From contig JBJKPO010000267.1 of assembly GCA_046706235.1 (NCBI GenBank), positions 1 through 26,551 on the forward strand: a DNA stretch of 26,551 nucleotides, given 5' to 3'. A program made the translations under genes and the position numbers. This DNA is from Bacillota bacterium. GTDB taxonomy: Bacteria; Bacillota; UBA4882; UBA8346. The notes under the pieces are model-generated. The model ran no database searches. It was not told where the DNA came from and worked only from the letters and a program-made list of their open reading frames with translations. Positions 25,306-26,551 of the stretch are shown here, piece after piece; the stretch's first letter is position 1, and every line of letters begins with the position of its first letter.

Positions 25306-25334
25306 TTGCATTTTTGATAAAGCTGATTTAAAAT
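25306..25334 (+). promoter_or_regulatory. Sigma-A-type promoter of the antitoxin-toxin pair
   Basis: TTGCAT (25306-25311), 17 nt, TAAAAT (25329-25334). Confidence 0.45.
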
Positions 25335-25419
25335 GAAATTAAATATGAATTTATTTATGGAACTAATTAACGGTTTAACTCCATTCGCTTTGAATATACT
25401 AGAAAGGAGATGCCTAAAG

Positions 25420-25743
25420 GTGGGTATGACTTTGGAAAGGTTATTCATTGCTACTGATCAGATGGTTTCTGCGACGGATGTCTCCAAAAAATTCAAGGAA
25501 ATACGGCAAAGGGCGAAAGAGGAACCGCAATATATTCTTGATCGCGGAAATATCGATAGTGTATTAATGGATTTTACCCAGTTTGAAAAGATGGTTCTGC
25601 GTCTCCAGGAGCTTGAAGAAGAATTTTTAATGTTGAATATTGCCAATCGGCTTGAAGAGTACGAAAAAGATCCGTCTATTGGAATTCCGTGGGAACAAAT
25701 CCGCCGGATTAAAGTAGAAGCTACCGATGCCGATCAAATTTAA
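25420..25743 (+). CDS. Phd/YefM-like antitoxin
   Basis: MVSATDVSKKFKEI...PQYIL...SVLMDFTQFE Phd-like N-terminus and IPWEQI C-terminus. Start is GTG 25420 (AAGGAG RBS) or ATG 25426; the gene overlaps the toxin gene. Confidence 0.82.
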   Translation: MGMTLERLFIATDQMVSATDVSKKFKEIRQRAKEEPQYILDRGNIDSVLMDFTQFEKMVLRLQELEEEFLMLNIANRLEEYEKDPSIGIPWEQIRRIKVEATDADQI

Positions 25744-26065
25744 ATTGCTATTTCTTCCTGAGGCTGTCAAAGGATACCAAAAACTTAATAATTCGGTTGT
25801 TGAATTGGTGGATAAATGTCTTGAGGAATTGACCATGAGGGCGGATGAGATTGGAAAACCGCTCGGAAATACTAACAACGCCAAACTAGCTGGATGTAAG
25901 GAGATCAAACTTCGTAAATCTGGTTTGCGAATTATTTTTCGAATTACCGGCGAAAAGGTGGAAGTGTTAACTATTGTTTTAATCGCTGCTATTGCCAGGC
26001 GGGAAGGAAATCAAGTATTTAAACTGGCGGAGGAGCGCCTTAAAACTAAATTGAAAAAACATTAA
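25727..26065 (+). CDS. RelE/ParE family toxin
   Basis: FLPEAVKGYQKL, GKPLG...LAGCKEIKLRKSGLRIIF. Confidence 0.87.
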   Translation: MPIKFKLLFLPEAVKGYQKLNNSVVELVDKCLEELTMRADEIGKPLGNTNNAKLAGCKEIKLRKSGLRIIFRITGEKVEVLTIVLIAAIARREGNQVFKLAEERLKTKLKKH

Positions 26066-26138
26066 CTACAACTCTTTCATGGGACGGGTAGAATTCTTAA
26101 ATAAGGGTAAGTAAAAATAAGATCGTTGAATAAAACAA

Positions 26139-26162
26139 AAAACACCCTGTTTTGGGTGTTTT
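26139..26162. terminator. Hairpin between the convergent toxin gene and speD; likely bidirectional terminator
   Basis: AAAACACCC-TGTTTT-GGGTGTTTT, a 9-bp stem with A/T tracts at both ends. Confidence 0.6.
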
Positions 26163-26177
26163 CCTGTCCGCTTTTTT

Positions 26178-26551
26178 TCATGAAGCATTTACTTTAAACG
26201 TGGCATCCAACTTTCCACGCTGTACCAACATCTCTTGAATATGAGTCGGCTGTAAAACTTTCTTCAAGAATTCGATTGCCTTCTGGGTCATACCACCGCC
26301 GCAAGTATAGACATCAATCGCGGCGTATCCGCGTTCCGGATAGGTATGAATCGAAATATGGCTTTCTGATAAAAGCAATAAACCGGTAAAACCCTGGGGG
26401 TTAAATTTATATGATTCTTCACTTAGAATGGTCATATTGGCGCTTTTCGCTGCTTGCCGTAGACTGTCCATTAAGAGATCAGCATCATCGAGCTTTTCGA
26501 ACTGGCACCCCCAGAAATCCGCCAGAACGTGAGCACCTACAGTATCAAAAG
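26178..26551 (-). CDS. speD: S-adenosylmethionine decarboxylase proenzyme, partial (start lies beyond the window)
   Basis: The frame extends past the ORF-track start to the window edge (FDTVGAHVLADFWGC...). Contains the LSESHISIHTYPE self-cleavage motif and IDVYTCG. Confidence 0.93.
   Translation of the reverse strand, partial: FDTVGAHVLADFWGCQFEKLDDADLLMDSLRQAAKSANMTILSEESYKFNPQGFTGLLLLSESHISIHTYPERGYAAIDVYTCGGGMTQKAIEFLKKVLQPTHIQEMLVQRGKLDATFKVNAS

Noticed and set aside
38-25908. Remaining antisense or nested ORFs in the track (e.g. 38-262, 442-660, 1526-1849, 8572-8886, 8953-9516, 13423-13695, 16853-17170, 24595-24912, 25122-25448)
   Set aside because: They are shadows of well-supported genes on the other strand or frame, with no RBS or domain signal.

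Overview
Chromosomal window from a Bacillota-type bacterium, inferred from the recJ-rel-dtd order, Gram-positive GAAC-N4-GTTY SOS boxes, sigma-H-like promoters, Ku and speD. The housekeeping core is recJ-rel-dtd (no apt), an HD-GYP gene, lemA with three TPM genes, an ABC-2 exporter and speD. Accessory content includes an AlkZ-related gene that is absent from the ORF track and has an SOS box, a secreted two-IPT/TIG protein, a COG1233 oxidoreductase, vapBC, a GNAT, and an MFS-DUF2089-SHOCT-hypothetical-YvlD operon. A decaying AT-rich island lies at about 19.8-24.3 kb. It holds an MNT antitoxin whose HEPN partner is cut off at the ABC ATPase stop codon and an internally deleted IS1595 (8-bp TSD, SOS boxes in its promoter) inserted into a cryptic SIR2-like frame. 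It also holds a frameshifted FRG gene and a possible HEPN-like gene. A dispersed 32-bp repeat sits just upstream of the ribosome-binding site of three unrelated genes. No rRNA, tRNA or CRISPR array was seen. Family calls come from motif recognition only; no database searches were run.
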